In this document: positions 50,281 through 58,936 of the stretch, one piece after another | Numbering within the stretch: the first letter of the stretch is position 1 | Layout of the letters: every line of letters begins with the position of its first letter | Assembly (NCBI GenBank): GCA_035513775.1 | Contig: DATKBR010000099.1 | Span: forward strand, 1,879 to 65,878 | From: Candidatus Limnocylindria bacterium | GTDB lineage: Bacteria > Chloroflexota > Limnocylindria > Limnocylindrales > CSP1-4 | Length of the DNA stretch: 64,000 nt | Reading direction: 5' to 3' | Notes under the pieces: model-generated | Databases searched by the model: none | What the model saw: the letters and a program-made list of their open reading frames with translations, nothing else | Told to the model about the DNA's origin: nothing | Program-made: the position numbers and the translations under genes

Positions 50281-50739
50281 AGCTGGCGTGAGCTGGTCGA
50301 TGCCGCCGAGGCCGTCCGCGCCGCGGCGTTCACCTACGACGCGTCGCTCGAGGGCCTGCCGCTTGCCGGAATCGGCTGGGCGGCCGTCGATTTCGAGCGC
50401 GCACAGCAGGAGCTCGACGCCCGGCTGGGCCTGGAGGAGGACGACGCGGCCACACCGTGGACGCCGATCGCCCGTGATCCGGCGCTCGGGGCGCGCGCGT
50501 GGCTCCGGTCGGCCGGCGAGACAGGGCCGCCCGATATCCGCCGGCCCGCCCTCGTCCTGCTGGAGCCGGACACGGAGGGACGCATTGCCGCCTCGCTGGC
50601 GCGATTCGGCGAGGGCGTGGCGGTCATCTACCTGGGCGACGGGCCGGCCGGACCAGGCCGCCTCCTCCGCGGCGGCGGCATGTGGGGCCCGCACGTCGTT
50701 GTCGTCGGCAGCAGCGGCGGTAACGAGGGCACGGCATGA
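50278..50739 (+). CDS. hypothetical protein (possible glyoxalase/VOC-like fold)
   Basis: 153-aa ORF with an ATGA overlap to the downstream DUF4032-like gene. GIGWAAVDFERA...LLEPDTEGRIAASLARFGEGVAVIYL is weakly VOC-like. Confidence 0.5.
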   Translation: MSWRELVDAAEAVRAAAFTYDASLEGLPLAGIGWAAVDFERAQQELDARLGLEEDDAATPWTPIARDPALGARAWLRSAGETGPPDIRRPALVLLEPDTEGRIAASLARFGEGVAVIYLGDGPAGPGRLLRGGGMWGPHVVVVGSSGGNEGTA

Positions 50740-51947
50740 CCGAGGCGTCGGAGTTCCCGCTCCTCCGCCTTCGGCGCACTGAGGGCCTGCTCGACCTCCC
50801 GTGGGAGCTGCCGCTGGCGGCGTGGCCGGACGAGCTCGCCTTCCGCGAGCTTGCGGTCGGGCCGTCGCGGCACCTGGTGCGCTTCCTCGTCGTCGATGGC
50901 GTCCTCGTGGCGCTCAAGGAGGAGCCCATCACGGTGGCCCGGCGCGAGTACGCAGTGCTGGGCCACCTGGAGCGCGTCGGACTCCCGGCCGTGCTGCCGA
51001 TCGGCATCGCGGAGCACACCCGGACCGGCAGCGCGATCCTGGTCACCGAGTACCTCGCGCACTCGCTCCAGTTCCGGCGGCTCCTCGCCCGGTTCCCACT
51101 TGGGCCGGGGCCGTACCGGACGCGCCTCCTCGATGCCATGGCTTGGCTTCTCGTCGACCTTCACCGGGGCGGCGTGTTCTGGGGCGATTGCTCGCTCGCG
51201 AACACGCTGTTCCGGCGCGACGGCGACCGGATCCAGGCCTTCCTCGTCGACGCCGAGACGAGCGAGGTCCATCCCGCTCTCTCCGACGGCCAGCGGGCCT
51301 TCGACCTCGACATCCTCGTCGAGAACGTGGGCTTCGGCCTGGCCGACGTCGCGGCGCTGCAGGGTCGCCCGGAGGACTTCGATGACGCGGTGGCCTCCGC
51401 CGAATCTGTTCGCGCCCGCTACGAGGCGATCTGGGACGAGCTGCACCTCGAGCCGGCGATCCCGGCCGGCGACCGGCACGCGATCCGGAGCCGCCTCCGA
51501 CGCCTCAACGACCTGGGCTACGCGGTGGACGAGATCGAGGTCGTGCCCCAGGGGGCCGGCTCCGAGGTGCGCGTGCGCATGACGACGTCGAATCGTGCCT
51601 TCCACGCGCACGAGCTGGAGCGGCTGACGGGGCTCGTCGCGCTCGAGGGCCAGGCGCGCCTCCTGCTCAACGACCTGCGCGAGCACGTCGCCTGGCTCGA
51701 GCTCTCGACGGGCCAGCGCATGCCGATGGCCCAGGGCGCGCGCCGCTGGCGGCGCGAAGTCTTCAACCCGGCGATCCGGCGCCTCCGAACGGCGATCCGC
51801 GGGCGCGACCCGGTCCAGGCGTACTCCGACGTCCTGGAGCACAAGTGGCTTCTCTCGGAGCGCGAGGGCCGCGACGTGGGCCTGGATCGCGCGACGGCCG
51901 CGTACCTCGCCGAAGGGGCTCCGGCGCCCGAGACGCCGCTCGGCTGA
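50736..51947 (+). CDS. DUF4032-type protein with Kdo/RIO-like kinase fold N-domain
   Basis: 403 aa. VALKEEP, LVTEYL and HRGGVFWGDCSLANTLFRRDGDRIQAFLVDAETSE show the kinase-like catalytic and DxE pattern. The C-terminal EHKWLLSEREGRDVG is typical of DUF4032. Confidence 0.7.
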   Translation: MTEASEFPLLRLRRTEGLLDLPWELPLAAWPDELAFRELAVGPSRHLVRFLVVDGVLVALKEEPITVARREYAVLGHLERVGLPAVLPIGIAEHTRTGSAILVTEYLAHSLQFRRLLARFPLGPGPYRTRLLDAMAWLLVDLHRGGVFWGDCSLANTLFRRDGDRIQAFLVDAETSEVHPALSDGQRAFDLDILVENVGFGLADVAALQGRPEDFDDAVASAESVRARYEAIWDELHLEPAIPAGDRHAIRSRLRRLNDLGYAVDEIEVVPQGAGSEVRVRMTTSNRAFHAHELERLTGLVALEGQARLLLNDLREHVAWLELSTGQRMPMAQGARRWRREVFNPAIRRLRTAIRGRDPVQAYSDVLEHKWLLSEREGRDVGLDRATAAYLAEGAPAPETPLG

Positions 51948-51950
51948 TGC

Positions 51951-52472
51951 CTACCAGCCCTCGCGGTGGAGCACCTCGTCGATCGGCCGGCGGCCGCCGG
52001 CCTTCGGTGGCCTCGTGAGGTCCTCGGGATCGGCGGGATAGCCGAACGAGAGGATGTAGCCGCACCACCGATCCTCCGGATAGCCGAGGACCTCGCGGGC
52101 GACGGGCTGCTCGTACACCGTAGCTGGACAGCTGCCGATCCCGAGCTCCCACCCCGCCAGCATCATGTTCTGGGCGGCGAGGCCGGCGTCCCAGACGAGC
52201 GATAGCGACGCACCCGGCGTCGTGGGGTCGGGCGTGACGAGCCCGATCGCCGCGGCCGCGCCCCCGAGGTGGCCCGCGTGCGGCCCGACCTCCGCGAGAC
52301 GCCGGAGCGTGGATCGGTCCTCGACCACGACGAAGTCCCAGCGCTGCTGGTTCTTGGAGCTGCCCGCGTGCCGCCCCGCGTCGACGATCCGGAGGAGGTG
52401 CTCGGAGGCGATCGGGCGGTCTTCGAAGCGGCGGACCATACGCTTGGTGCGGATCGCCGTCCAGGTGTCCAT
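51951..52472 (-). CDS. nitroreductase-family protein
   Basis: 173 aa; MDTWTAIRTKRMVRRFEDRPI...AGRHAGSSKNQQRWDFVVV is the typical nitroreductase N-terminus. Confidence 0.85.
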   Translation of the reverse strand: MDTWTAIRTKRMVRRFEDRPIASEHLLRIVDAGRHAGSSKNQQRWDFVVVEDRSTLRRLAEVGPHAGHLGGAAAAIGLVTPDPTTPGASLSLVWDAGLAAQNMMLAGWELGIGSCPATVYEQPVAREVLGYPEDRWCGYILSFGYPADPEDLTRPPKAGGRRPIDEVLHREGW

Positions 52473-52482
52473 CAGGCGTCCA

Positions 52483-53604
52483 TCAGGCGAGCTCGGAGCC
52501 CGGGATCGGGGCGGGCAAGTCGGCGTCCACGGGCTCCACGCGGTTCCGGCTCGCCATCCGGAGCCCGCGGAGGAGTGTCTGCAGGCCGCTCCGCTCGGGT
52601 TCGATCGCGGAGAACGGGTGCTCGCGCTGTGGCATGCGGGCGGCAGGGGTAGCCCGCGCGATCGACTCGGCCTCGGCCGGGCCCAGCGGGCCCCCCAGCG
52701 ACTCTGTCAGGAAGCGGCCGACGGCGCCCCGGTACGCTCCGAACTCGTACAGCCAGCTGTGCTCGCCACCGGGGATCACGAGAACGTCGACCCCGCCCGT
52801 CCCGGGCTCGTCGTCGCGCGCGCGGCGGGCGGCCCGCTCAAGCCTCGAGAGGTGGCCGACCGGCACCACCCGGTCCGCGTCGCCGTGGATCAGGAGCACG
52901 GGCCCGGTGTAGGTCTCGATCGCCCGCGCCGCCGAGACGGATCGCACCGTGTGGCCGCGGGGCTCCAGGAATACGTGCGTCGTCAGCCAGGCGAGCGGCC
53001 ACGCGAACGGGCCGGGGAGCGGCAGCTTCGCGAGGCGGAACGTCTGGCGCGTGAGCCGGTACGGGTCGGCCGGCGTCGAGGCGGCGACCACCGCAGCGAC
53101 GCGTGGCTCGGCGGCCGCGGCGAGCAGGGCCCCGATGCCGCCCATGGAGTGCCCCAGGACCCCGACGGTCGTGACGTCCGGCCGGGCGAGCAGCGCACGC
53201 ACGCCCGTCAGGGCGTCCTCGCCGAACTCGCCCGCCGTCAGCGGCAGGTCCTCGGGCGGATTGTCTCCGTGGCCGCGCACGTCCAGGGTGAGCACGTGGA
53301 TGCCGATTGCGTTCAGGATCTGGGCGTTCGGCAACGTGCGGTCGCGGGCCGATTCCCAGCCGTGGATCAACAGGACGGCCGGTCCGGGGGTCCCGTCGCG
53401 CGCCGGGATCCACCACGCCCGGAGGTCGACGCCGCCGGACGGGATCGCGAGCTCCTCGAAGGCGAGTCCCAGGCTGGCGGGGTCGTGATCCGGCGGGTGC
53501 CGGTGGGGATAGCCGGCGCGCGCGCGGTACGCCTGCGCGAATCGCCACGCCGCGATGGGCCCCACGGTCAGTGCGGCCGTGACCCCCAGCCTTCGACCAC
53601 TCAT
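52483..53604 (-). CDS. alpha/beta hydrolase
   Basis: 373 aa with LLIHGWES, the nucleophile elbow GHSMGG and the late LIHGDADRVVP block. Confidence 0.8.
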   Translation of the reverse strand: MSGRRLGVTAALTVGPIAAWRFAQAYRARAGYPHRHPPDHDPASLGLAFEELAIPSGGVDLRAWWIPARDGTPGPAVLLIHGWESARDRTLPNAQILNAIGIHVLTLDVRGHGDNPPEDLPLTAGEFGEDALTGVRALLARPDVTTVGVLGHSMGGIGALLAAAAEPRVAAVVAASTPADPYRLTRQTFRLAKLPLPGPFAWPLAWLTTHVFLEPRGHTVRSVSAARAIETYTGPVLLIHGDADRVVPVGHLSRLERAARRARDDEPGTGGVDVLVIPGGEHSWLYEFGAYRGAVGRFLTESLGGPLGPAEAESIARATPAARMPQREHPFSAIEPERSGLQTLLRGLRMASRNRVEPVDADLPAPIPGSELA

Positions 53605-53666
53605 CGCGGCATGGTAGGTCGTGCGCGTTCGACGGGGTCCCCGGCGGCCCCCGATACACTTCGATC

Positions 53667-54335
53667 GTGCCCAAACGGAACCCTCACGACGTGCTCGGCG
53701 TGCCCCGCGACGCGGGACAGGCGACGATCAAGGCCGCGTGGCGCCGCCTCGCCCGCGAGAACCACCCGGACCTGACGCAGCACGACCCCGCCGCGGCGGA
53801 GCGCGCGACGCGCCGGATGGCCGAGATCAATCGCGCCTACAACGAGCTGCGCACCGCCTTCCCGGACGAGGCAAATGGCGACGGCGGCGACGGTCGCCGG
53901 GGCGCGTGGCCGCCGGAACCGCGCCCGACCCGCCCGGTGACGGGTCGCGTGGACACGACCGCCACGTTCCGCGCCCGGAACACGACGACGGGGCCGCGGG
54001 TTCGCCACGAGCCGAACCCGCCGTCGACGGCCGATCGCCTGCGACGGGAGCCGCTGCGTGCCTCCCAGCCGAACGGGCCAATTGGCCGGGGCCGGCAGCG
54101 CAACTTCCGCCCGCCGGAGCCACCGTCCCTCGACGCGGCCAAGGCGTGGCCGATCGAGTTCGGCAAGTTCCACGGGCACACCCTGGGCGAGGTCGCGGAT
54201 TTCGAGCCCACCTACATCGACTGGCTCGCGAAGACCATCTCGCGTGATCCAGACCTCGTCGCCGCGGCGCGCGTCCTGCAGGGCGACCTCGATACCAGGG
54301 GCATCGTTCGACACCCGCGTCCCGTCGCGACGTGA
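53667..54335 (+). CDS. J-domain protein with DUF3820-like C-terminal domain
   Basis: GTG start. The J domain is NPHDVLGVPRDAGQATIKAAWRRLARENHPDL. The C-terminal FGKFHGHTLGEVADFEPTYIDWL matches the FGKxKG...YLxWL pattern. Confidence 0.75.
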   Translation: MPKRNPHDVLGVPRDAGQATIKAAWRRLARENHPDLTQHDPAAAERATRRMAEINRAYNELRTAFPDEANGDGGDGRRGAWPPEPRPTRPVTGRVDTTATFRARNTTTGPRVRHEPNPPSTADRLRREPLRASQPNGPIGRGRQRNFRPPEPPSLDAAKAWPIEFGKFHGHTLGEVADFEPTYIDWLAKTISRDPDLVAAARVLQGDLDTRGIVRHPRPVAT

Positions 54336-55024
54336 CGGCGGCAACCCGCGCGCCCGGGGCCGACCCCTGCGCGGCCGGTGCTCGCGCGTCTGAAGCCCGC
54401 GTGCGACGCGGATTCGCGCTCGCGGCCCTGGCGCTCGTCGTCCTGGTCGCGGCCTGTGGCGGGTCGGTCAATCCCAGCCTCCCGAACGGCGCTGGCTGCG
54501 CCACGGACATCCGCGCCCCGGGCGCCTTCCCGAACCTGGAGGCGCTCCTGCCACTAGGAATGATCGAGGCCTCGCCGACCACCGTCGACTCCGGCGCGAA
54601 CTGCAGCCGCGCCTCCCTGGGGACGTACACCGGACACGGCATCGGCGAGCTCCGGTTCGCGGGCGCGACGTGGGACCACGGCGACGGCGAAGGGACCGTG
54701 GTCGCGGTCTTCACGACGCCACAGGCGGGGCAGCCGGCGCTCGAGGCCACCTGGGTCGAGGAGTTCTACACCGCGGGCGCCGTGGCCGGCCGGACGATCG
54801 ACGACGTCAAGACCAGCCGCCCGGTGATGCGTGGCGCCGGCCAGGTCTTCCGCCTCGAGGCCATCAACAACCTGTCGCTGCAGACCGTCGTCATCTGGCC
54901 GGCGGGGCCTTACGTGCGTGTAGTCATCGTCGCGACGAACGTCGAACCGAACGCCTCCCGTGCCGACCACGACCAGCGTGTCGAGACTGCCGTCGAAGTC
55001 GCCGCCGCGGTGCCGGTCCAGTAG
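54332..55024 (+). CDS. hypothetical secreted lipoprotein
   Basis: A GTGA overlap joins it to the J-domain gene, with an alternative GTG at 54401. The signal plus lipobox is [20 protein letters not shown]. Confidence 0.55.
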   Translation: MTAATRAPGADPCAAGARASEARVRRGFALAALALVVLVAACGGSVNPSLPNGAGCATDIRAPGAFPNLEALLPLGMIEASPTTVDSGANCSRASLGTYTGHGIGELRFAGATWDHGDGEGTVVAVFTTPQAGQPALEATWVEEFYTAGAVAGRTIDDVKTSRPVMRGAGQVFRLEAINNLSLQTVVIWPAGPYVRVVIVATNVEPNASRADHDQRVETAVEVAAAVPVQ

Positions 55025-55115
55025 CAGTGCCGGTCAAGTAGCGGCCGGCAAGGCGCGCCGAGCCGGCGATCGCCGGCCTCCGGGCCGGACGGGACCTCGT
55101 GCTACTGTCGCCCCC

Positions 55116-56792
55116 ATGACGGACCCGATCGACTGGCAGGCACGCCGGCAGGCGTGGAAGGTCGAACGACTGGACCCGGCCCTCGCTCGCTCGCCCGAGC
55201 GCCAGCCCAGCTTCAAGACCCTCGGCGAGATAGAGCTCGAGCCCGTCTACGGCCCGTGGGACCCGCGCGACGACGCCCGGATCGGGCTGCCTGGGGAGCC
55301 GCCCTACACCCGCGGGATCCACCCGTCTGGCTACCGCTCGCGCCTGTGGACGATGCGGATGTTCGCGGGCTTCGGCGCCGCGGAGGACACCAACGCGCGA
55401 TTCAAGGACCTGCTCGCCGCGGGCCAGACCGGACTCTCGATCGCCTACGACATGGCGACGCTCTACGGATACGACGCGGACGACGATGAGGCGGAGGGCG
55501 AGTTCGGGACTTGCGGCGTGGGCGTCAGCAGCCTGGCCGACATGGAGGCCCTGCTCGACGGCCTGCCGCTCGATCGCGTGTCGACGTCGATGACGATCAA
55601 CTCGCCGGCCGCGCCGATCTGGGCGATGTACATCGTCGCGGCGGAGAAGGCCGGCTACCCGCGGGCGATGCTGGAGGGAACGCTCCAGAACGACATCCTC
55701 AAGGAGTTCGTTGCCCAGAAGGAGTTCCTGTTCGCGCCGGAGCCGTCGATGCGCCTCGTCACGGATACGATCGAGTTCGGGACGAAGGAGATGCCGCGCT
55801 GGAACACGGTCTCGATCTCCGGCTACCACATCCGCGAGGCCGGCTCCACCGCCGTCCAGGAGCTCGCGTTCACCATCGCCGACGGCATGGCCTACGTCGA
55901 GGCCGCCATCGAGCGCGGGCTGCGCGTCGACGACTTCGCGCCGCGCCTGTCGTTCTTCTTCAACAGCCACAGCGACTTCTTCGAGGAGATCGCCAAGTTC
56001 CGCGCCTCGCGGCGGATCTGGCACCAGCTGATGACTGAGCGCTACCACGCGGAGAACGAGCGCTCGACATGGATGCGCTTCCACACCCAGACCGCGGGCG
56101 TGTCGCTTACGCCGCAGCAGCCGCTCAACAACCTGACGCGTGTCGCGATCCAGGCGCTCGCGGCCGTTCTCGGCGGGACGCAGTCGCTCCACACGGACGC
56201 CTACGACGAGGCCCTCGCGGTACCCACCGCGGAGGCCGCCCTGCTCGCGCTGCGCCAGCAGCAGGTCATCGCCGAGGAGACGGGCGTGACCGGCACCATC
56301 GACCCGCTCGGCGGGTCGTGGTTCGTCGAGTCGCTGACGGACGAGGTGGAGCGCCAGGTCTGGGTGTACCTCGACGAGATCGACCGGCGGGGCGGGATGG
56401 TCGCGGCCGTGGTCGATGGCTACCCCCAGCGCGAGATCGCCGAGGCGGCGTACCGGTTCCAGCGCGAGTTCGACCAGCGCGAGCGGCGGATCGTCGGTGT
56501 GAACAGCTACGTGGACACCCGCGAGGTCACCACGGTGCCCGTCCTCGAGGTGCCGCCGGGCTCCTTCGAGGCGCACATGGCGCGGCTGGAGCGCACGCGC
56601 CGGGAGCGCGACGGGAGCGCCGTGGAAAGCGCGTTGCGCGGCCTGCGCGAGGCGGCCAGTCGGCCCGGCTCGTCGGATTCGAACCTCATGCCCCACTTCA
56701 TCCGCTGCGCCGAGGCATACGCGACCCTCGGGGAGATGTGCGGCGTGCTGCGCGCCGTCTTCGGCGAGTACCGCGAGCCGGCAGGGGTCTGA
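55116..56792 (+). CDS. adenosylcobalamin-dependent acyl-CoA mutase, large (substrate-binding) subunit, isobutyryl-CoA-mutase-like
   Basis: The ATG at 55116 gives 558 aa. [43 protein letters not shown] and [10 protein letters not shown] are colinear with MCM/ICM catalytic domains. Phe (MFAGF) and Gln (VAQKE) occupy the positions that are Tyr/Arg in MCM and Phe/Gln in ICM. There is no B12-binding domain. Confidence 0.88.
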   Translation: MTDPIDWQARRQAWKVERLDPALARSPERQPSFKTLGEIELEPVYGPWDPRDDARIGLPGEPPYTRGIHPSGYRSRLWTMRMFAGFGAAEDTNARFKDLLAAGQTGLSIAYDMATLYGYDADDDEAEGEFGTCGVGVSSLADMEALLDGLPLDRVSTSMTINSPAAPIWAMYIVAAEKAGYPRAMLEGTLQNDILKEFVAQKEFLFAPEPSMRLVTDTIEFGTKEMPRWNTVSISGYHIREAGSTAVQELAFTIADGMAYVEAAIERGLRVDDFAPRLSFFFNSHSDFFEEIAKFRASRRIWHQLMTERYHAENERSTWMRFHTQTAGVSLTPQQPLNNLTRVAIQALAAVLGGTQSLHTDAYDEALAVPTAEAALLALRQQQVIAEETGVTGTIDPLGGSWFVESLTDEVERQVWVYLDEIDRRGGMVAAVVDGYPQREIAEAAYRFQREFDQRERRIVGVNSYVDTREVTTVPVLEVPPGSFEAHMARLERTRRERDGSAVESALRGLREAASRPGSSDSNLMPHFIRCAEAYATLGEMCGVLRAVFGEYREPAGV

Positions 56793-56801
56793 GGCGCGCC
56801 G

Positions 56802-57278
56802 ATGTACCTCAACGCCCTGGAGTTCCTCGAGGAGGAGCGCGAGGCGTGGCGCCCGTTCGAAGCCCTCGACGGGCTGACCGACCAGCAGCTGGCCGTCTCG
56901 ATCGATGACGCCCACCACTGGTCGGGCCGAGACCTCATCGCGCACGTCGTCGGGTGGCAGGAGAACGCCCTCGCGGTCGCGAAGGAGCTGGCCGTCAACG
57001 AGCGGAGCGCCGTGAAGGAGCGCTCGGACCTGGACTGGGACGCTCGCGGCGACGCGATCAACGACGAGCTCCAGGCAACGTGGCGCGCACTGCCCATGGC
57101 TGAGGTGCGCCGCCGGCTACGCGAGGTCCCGGGGGAGCTGCGCGGCCACCTCACCGTCGTGCCGGAGTCGCGCTGGATCAAGCACTCGGACAACCTGCGC
57201 TTCTTCTACGACGAGACGATCGACCATTACGCGGAGCACGCCCCGGATCTCGAGGCGATCCTGGATTCGGCGCGCTGA
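56802..57278 (+). CDS. DinB/ClbS-like four-helix-bundle protein
   Basis: 158 aa. The spacing HHWSGRDLIAHVVGWQ...DETIDHYAEHAPDL (His...His) is reminiscent of the DinB_2/ClbS superfamily. Confidence 0.5.
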   Translation: MYLNALEFLEEEREAWRPFEALDGLTDQQLAVSIDDAHHWSGRDLIAHVVGWQENALAVAKELAVNERSAVKERSDLDWDARGDAINDELQATWRALPMAEVRRRLREVPGELRGHLTVVPESRWIKHSDNLRFFYDETIDHYAEHAPDLEAILDSAR

Positions 57279-57365
57279 CATTCGCTCCACGCCTCCGCCC
57301 AATCCGGCCGCCGGGCACGCGATCGTCCCCTGCGCAGGTTTCGTCCTGACCCCGGCTCCGCAGTC

Positions 57366-57671
57366 GTGATTCCGTCGCTGCCGGCGCTGGTAGCCGAGAT
57401 CGTCATCGAGCTGCCGAAGGCCCGGGGCCTGTCCGCCGACGGGGTCATCACGTGGTCGGTCGGCGACCAGCCCTTTGCCACCGTCGGACCGGCGGGCGTG
57501 GAGGTACGCCTCGATCCCACGATCGCGGCCGCCGCCGGGCGCACGCCGGACGCCGGCCCGTCACCGCGGGGCGCGGAGTGGGTCCGCTTCGACCCGCTCG
57601 AGCTCGACGGCCACGCGGTGGACCGCCTCCGCGCCTGGCTCGAGCTCGCCTACCGCCGTGCCGAAGGCTGA
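57366..57671 (+). CDS. hypothetical protein
   Basis: 101-aa ORF with protein-like composition and a GTG start. No motif recognised. Confidence 0.35.
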   Translation: MIPSLPALVAEIVIELPKARGLSADGVITWSVGDQPFATVGPAGVEVRLDPTIAAAAGRTPDAGPSPRGAEWVRFDPLELDGHAVDRLRAWLELAYRRAEG

Positions 57672-57972
57672 CCGCGCCCCGGAACCGCCCCCGCGCCGCC
57701 CCCGCGCGATCACTGCCAAATCGCCGTCTGTCGAACGCTAGCCACGTCAGTGCCAGCCCCACCAGCGTGTCGGGGGACCGTGCACGTTCCGGCTATCGCG
57801 TTCGCATGGCCTTTCCAGCCGGGTCGGCATGGTCTTCGCGGGATCTCAGGTCCCACTCGAGGCTAACCACCAGATGGCGGGAATCTGGCGGGCGATTCCG
57901 GCCTCCGGGCCGATTACGACCGTCGGTTGGGGATCTGGCAATGATCCGGCACCCGAGGAGTTCCGGAATCCA

Positions 57973-57998
57973 AAAGGCCCCCTGGGTCGGGGGCCTTT
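57973..57998 (-). terminator. rho-independent terminator of trxA
   Basis: AAAGGCCCCC (57973-57982), a 6-nt loop, then GGGGGCCTTT (57989-57998). On the minus strand the 10-bp GC-rich stem is followed by TTTT. It lies about 29 nt after the trxA stop. Confidence 0.7.
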
Positions 57999-58026
57999 GC
58001 AGGACTCGCGAGGGCGACTCGGAGGG

Positions 58027-58419
58027 TTACGCGGCGTCGCTCGCGGTGGCGGGCGCGGTGTCGGTCGCAGCAGCGGCAGAGGCCTCGGTCACCTTCGGGT
58101 ACGAGTCGAGGCTGAACTGGACCTCGAGCTGCTCGGCGGGCCGGAAGCCCACGACGCCCATCGGCTGCTTGCCGGGCGCGAAGAACGCGATCGTCGGGAT
58201 CGACATGATGTTGAACGCACGGGAGAGGCCGGGGTTCGCGTCGACGTCGACCTTGACGATGTCGATCACGCCCTCGTACTTCTCGGCGAGCTTCTCCATC
58301 TCGGGGGCGACGAGCTTGCATGGCCCGCACCAGGCGGCCCAGAAGTCGACCACTACCGGCTTGTCGTTCTGGAGGACCTCGGCCTCGAAGGTGTCATCGG
58401 TTGCTGTCTTGATCGCCAT
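58027..58419 (-). CDS. trxA: thioredoxin
   Basis: 130 aa with VVVDFWAAWCGPCKLVAP (the WCGPC active site) and an Ala/Thr-rich C-terminal tail. Confidence 0.9.
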   Translation of the reverse strand: MAIKTATDDTFEAEVLQNDKPVVVDFWAAWCGPCKLVAPEMEKLAEKYEGVIDIVKVDVDANPGLSRAFNIMSIPTIAFFAPGKQPMGVVGFRPAEQLEVQFSLDSYPKVTEASAAAATDTAPATASDAA

Positions 58420-58499
58420 CGCTGTTGATCCTTTCTCCCGCTAGGCGGGGCTTGCCCGCCGTGCGGGCAATGGTTCTCGCCCCTAGCGGGCGCGCCCGA

Positions 58500-58796
58500 T
58501 CAACGGGCGATCGACTGGAGCAGGGTGAAGGCCTCGAGGACCCGCGGGTCGGCGAGGCGGTAGAAGACGGTGCTGCCCTCGCGCCGCGTGGACACGAGGC
58601 CCGCGGAGCGCAGGACCGCGAGGTGCTGGCTCATGTTCGGCACCTGGCACGCGACCCGGCCGGCCAGCTCGCTGACCGAGAGCTCGCCCGCCGCGAGGGA
58701 CTCGAGCACGCACAGGCGCTTCGGATCGGCGAGCGCGCGACCGAGCACGGCCGTTCGCTGGTAGTCCGTTTCGCGATTCTGGAGCTCGATTACCAT
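58500..58796 (-). CDS. ArsR/SmtB-family transcriptional regulator
   Basis: 98 aa; LADPKRLCVLESLAAGELSVSELAGRVACQVPNMSQHLAVLRSAGLVSTRREGSTVFY is a canonical ArsR wHTH. Confidence 0.9.
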   Translation of the reverse strand: MVIELQNRETDYQRTAVLGRALADPKRLCVLESLAAGELSVSELAGRVACQVPNMSQHLAVLRSAGLVSTRREGSTVFYRLADPRVLEAFTLLQSIAR

Positions 58797-58815
58797 CGCC
58801 GCCGATCATGTCATA

Positions 58816-58835
58816 ACTTGCGCAATCGCGCAAGT
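58816..58835. promoter_or_regulatory. 8-4-8 perfect inverted repeat ACTTGCGC-AATC-GCGCAAGT, probable ArsR operator
   Basis: Read directly from the sequence, 20 nt upstream of the arsR ATG in the divergent region shared with the membrane-protein gene. Flanking TCAT/ATGA extends the symmetry. Confidence 0.55.
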
Positions 58836-58936
58836 CATGGACGGCGATACACAGCGGCAACGGCGACTCCGGAGATCGGTGCCTTGCGGCGCCCGAGCGG
58901 CGCGGAATCGGCCGGAGCCGAGCGTATCCTCCGCGC

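Noticed and set aside
49186-50694. Upstream ~500 aa of the 650-aa minus-strand ORF (48742-50694)
   Set aside because: Shadow of the GNAT gene and following genes. The cupredoxin has its own SD, ATG and signal peptide at 49185.
54924-56945. 673-aa minus-strand ORF antisense to the acyl-CoA mutase
   Set aside because: The Arg/Leu/Glu/Val-rich product has no motif. The plus strand is unmistakably a mutase catalytic domain.
57672-57972. Possible ncRNA in the 300-bp region upstream of the trxA terminator (recurrent GGGAATCTGG / GGGGATCTGG strings)
   Set aside because: I could not fold a convincing conserved structure by eye and cannot identify a promoter or terminator pair. It is left unannotated.
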